Source: Gemmatimonadales bacterium (GTDB lineage: Bacteria > Gemmatimonadota > Gemmatimonadetes > Gemmatimonadales > GWC2-71-9). Taken from it: a DNA stretch of 64,000 bases. This document shows, in pieces, positions 61,419 to 64,000 of this stretch. The stretch's first letter is position 1; every line of letters begins with the position of its first letter. Location of the stretch: assembly GCA_035637455.1 (NCBI GenBank), contig DASPXE010000098.1, forward strand, positions 16,783-80,782, read 5' to 3'. The notes beneath the pieces were generated by a model that was not told where the DNA came from, did no database searches, and worked only from the letters and a program-made list of their open reading frames with translations. Position numbers and translations under genes: made by a program.

Positions 61419-63194
61419 ATGTTACACCTCCACGTTTCCCGCCGCGCCGCAGTCCTCGCCGTCATCGGATTGGGCGCCAGCCTCTGGACCGGCTGCTCCG
61501 ACCGCTCACCCGATGCGTTCACCGGGCCGTCGGCTCAGCGACAGCTCGCTGGGGATCGATTGCAGGAGATCCACGCCGTGCTCGCCGTCCACAAGCGGCA
61601 CAGCGCGGCGCTGCTGCGCCTGCCCGGCGTCGTCGGTACCGCCGTGGGCCTGCTGCCGAACGGCAAGCCGGGCCTGAAGGTGCTGCTGGCGAGTCCCGAG
61701 GTGCGCGGGCTGCCGAGCGCGCTCGAAGGCATTCCCGTGGTCGCGCAGGTGACGGGCATGCTCGTGGCGTTCAGCGATCCTACCAAACGACAGCGTCCAG
61801 CGCCGATGGGCTTCTCGGTCGGCCATCCGGCGATCACTGCCGGCTCGATCGGGGCACGTGTCGCGGACGGCTCGGGGAACGTCTACGTGCTGAGCAATAA
61901 CCACGTGCTCGCGAACTCGAACGATGCCAGCATCGGAGACGCCGCGCTGCAGCCGGGACCGTACGACGGCGGCACGGCCCCGGCCGATCAAATCGGGACG
62001 CTGGCCGCGTTCAATACGATCGACTTCTCGGGCGGCGACAATACCATCGACGCCGCCATCGCCCGCTCCACCACAAGCGACCTCGGCAACGCGACGCCGA
62101 CGGACGACGGGTACGGCGCGCCCAGCGCCACGATCTTCGGCGACGCGAACGGCGATCACGTGTTCGACGACGAGGCTGCGCTTCTGGGCCTCAACGTGCA
62201 GAAGTACGGACGCACCACAAAGCTGACGCACGGGCAGATCACCGGGATCAACGCCACGGTGACGGTGTGCTACGAGGTGTTCTTCGGCTTCTGCATCAAG
62301 GCAGCCCGGTTTGTGGATCAGCTCGTCATCGAGCCCGGGACCTTCTCCGGCGGCGGCGACTCGGGCTCTTTGATCGTCACCGATAACGACCAGAAGAACC
62401 CCGTCGCTCTGTTGTTCGCAGGCAGCTCCACGCAGACGATCGCGAACCGCATCGACCTGGTGCTGAACCAGTTCGGCGTGACCGTGGACGGCGGCAACTC
62501 ACCTCCGCCCAACCCGGTGACGGACATCGCGATCACGAGCGTCAGCGCACCAACTGCCGTCACCCAGGGTGCTACGGTGAACGTTGTGGTCACCACGAAG
62601 AACGTGGGCAACCAGAACGTGCCTACTACGTTCGACGTGACGCTGCAGGACGCGACCGACGGCGTGACGATCGGGAAACAGAGCGTGGCCGGTCTCACGG
62701 CGGGCGCGAGCACGACGCTCACGTTTAGCTGGAATACGACCGCGAGCTCGTTCGGGAATCACACGCTCAGCGCGAGCCACACCCTCACGGACGACGTCCC
62801 GTCCAATAACCAGAGCACCACGACTGTGACGGTGAACTCGCCGAGCATGGTGATCCACATCGGCGACCTGGATGGCTTCGCGTCGCGCAACGGGTCGAAC
62901 TGGTCGGTGACGGTCGAGCTCACGGTGCATGACGCAAATCACGCTCCGCTGAACGGCGCGACCGTGGTGGGACACTGGAGCCAGCTGGGGCAGAACTCGA
63001 ACACCTGCACCACCGGGGACCTGGGCGGTAACGGGACGTGCACCGTGCTGTTCCCGTCGCTCAAGAGGAGCGTCAGCTCGGTGAACTTCACGGTCGTGAG
63101 TGTGACGATGCCGGACCGAATCTACGATCGGACGCTGAACCACGACGTGGACGGCAGCAGCAACGGCACGACGATCAAGGTGTACAAGCCATAG
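61419..63194 (+). CDS. secreted/lipoprotein S1-family (chymotrypsin-fold) serine protease with CARDB and C-terminal beta domains
   Basis: 591 aa. Lipobox LWTGCS. Catalytic triad candidates His in VLSNNHVLA, Asp in IDAAIA, Ser in GGGDSGS. CARDB-like DIAITSVSAPTAVTQGATVNVVVTTKNVGNQ...LTFSWNT. Confidence 0.8.
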   Translation: MLHLHVSRRAAVLAVIGLGASLWTGCSDRSPDAFTGPSAQRQLAGDRLQEIHAVLAVHKRHSAALLRLPGVVGTAVGLLPNGKPGLKVLLASPEVRGLPSALEGIPVVAQVTGMLVAFSDPTKRQRPAPMGFSVGHPAITAGSIGARVADGSGNVYVLSNNHVLANSNDASIGDAALQPGPYDGGTAPADQIGTLAAFNTIDFSGGDNTIDAAIARSTTSDLGNATPTDDGYGAPSATIFGDANGDHVFDDEAALLGLNVQKYGRTTKLTHGQITGINATVTVCYEVFFGFCIKAARFVDQLVIEPGTFSGGGDSGSLIVTDNDQKNPVALLFAGSSTQTIANRIDLVLNQFGVTVDGGNSPPPNPVTDIAITSVSAPTAVTQGATVNVVVTTKNVGNQNVPTTFDVTLQDATDGVTIGKQSVAGLTAGASTTLTFSWNTTASSFGNHTLSASHTLTDDVPSNNQSTTTVTVNSPSMVIHIGDLDGFASRNGSNWSVTVELTVHDANHAPLNGATVVGHWSQLGQNSNTCTTGDLGGNGTCTVLFPSLKRSVSSVNFTVVSVTMPDRIYDRTLNHDVDGSSNGTTIKVYKP

Positions 63195-63411
63195 CCGCTC
63201 GCTCGGTCGCGACGCTCCTGCTCGCCAGCCTGCTGGCGGGCTGCGCGGGCAGGAGCACTCGCGACGCAACGCAAACGGTGACGTCCAAGACGATCCGAGA
63301 AGTGCTCGCCGGCCCACACCGACACCACACCACGCTGCAACGTTGTGCCTGGCCGAGCCCATCCTTCTAGGATGGGAACTCCGACGCCCAACCCCCTTTT
63401 TCAGCATTCTG

Positions 63412-64000
63412 TTAGCGTACGCTCCGCACCTCCGCTACCACACCCGGATACGCGTGCAGCAGCTCAGCTCCGCGTGCGTCGTCGAGCACCGTAAGCGCCG
63501 TCGCGAGGCCGTCGGCGGTGAGGCCGTCCTCGGCCACAACCGCCGCCTGGCGGCGGCTCGTCAACCCGACGCCGGTGTGCGGATCTACGACGTGCGAATA
63601 CCGCACCCCAGCGACGATCACGTACTGGTCTGTGTCGCCGGAGCGAGATAACGCGGCGTGTGCCAGTGCCCCAGCCCGCGCCCGCACCGCTTCACCCCCT
63701 CCCGGCACTGCCACGCGCCAGCCGGCCCGGCCCGGTGGCGGATCTCCCGCCACGATGTCGCCCCCGGCCTGGATCAGCGCCCGCGTCACCCCGTGGCGTC
63801 CGAGCACCAGCAGCGCCTGGTCGAGGATGTACCCCTTGGCGATGCCTCCCAGATCGAGCCTCATTCCCGCGGTGTCGAGCCGGATCGAGCGGGTCGCGGA
63901 ATCGGCACGGACTTTGCGCCACCCCACGCGCCGGGCGGCGGAGTCGAGCTCGACCCGGCTGGGCAAGCGGCCGGTGCGGCGCGCCCGGCGCCACAGCGCG
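63412..64000 (-). CDS. apbE: FAD:protein FMN transferase ApbE, N-terminus beyond the window
   Basis: C-terminal ~195 aa. DLGGIAKGYILDQA, SGDTDQY......RYSHVVDPHTG. The frame stays open to position 64000, upstream of the track's internal start. Confidence 0.8.
   Translation of the reverse strand, partial: ALWRRARRTGRLPSRVELDSAARRVGWRKVRADSATRSIRLDTAGMRLDLGGIAKGYILDQALLVLGRHGVTRALIQAGGDIVAGDPPPGRAGWRVAVPGGGEAVRARAGALAHAALSRSGDTDQYVIVAGVRYSHVVDPHTGVGLTSRRQAAVVAEDGLTADGLATALTVLDDARGAELLHAYPGVVAEVRSVR

Overview
Dense, very GC-rich bacterial chromosomal window. Hand counts of 60-nt blocks give about 73-77% G+C in core genes and 52-57% in several accessory stretches. I call about 55 CDS, many joined by 4-nt ATGA/GTGA start-stop overlaps. 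By eye I found no rRNA, tRNA, CRISPR array, transposase or integrase. Housekeeping content: tig-clpP-clpX-engB; a his operon (hisC-hisB-hisH-[Nudix]-hisF-[ATL]) followed by prpE; trpE; maf-dtd; glmS-glmM; a metC/metB-like gene; purD; mutM; mrp/apbC; and a quinone prenylation/decarboxylation/methylation set (ubiX, then ubiA-ubiD-ubiE) that looks like the late futalosine-type menaquinone steps. Signalling genes are abundant: a GAF-PAS hybrid histidine kinase, an FHA-GAF-class III cyclase, REC-HD-GYP, MASE1-GGDEF, two paralogous Ser/Thr kinases with TolB-like/TPR tails, an ECF sigma with a ZAS anti-sigma, and a GspE/PilB-type ATPase fused to a C-terminal receiver. Surface/accessory content has lower G+C: a TonB-dependent-receptor-like barrel, Ig-like repeat lipoproteins, an S1 protease with CARDB, and a Cys/Trp-rich secreted protein of unknown family. 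Most notable observations: (1) an ECF sigma/anti-sigma pair split by a 2.9-kb receptor-like gene that is flanked by a duplicated copy of the sigma 3' end; (2) four hairpin elements at gene boundaries whose arms are tandem 7- or 8-nt repeats in inverted orientation, one of which encodes a signal peptide, plus related in-frame heptamer or palindromic insertions inside hisF, glmM and engB; (3) an orphan secretion-ATPase-receiver fusion next to an Omp85-like gene; (4) a Nudix gene translationally coupled inside the his operon where hisA normally sits; (5) a low-GC surface-protein patch at 58.4-63.4 kb. The lineage guess (Gemmatimonadota/Acidobacteriota-like soil bacterium) is inference from gene style only. 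All family calls come from motif recognition by eye, not database searches.
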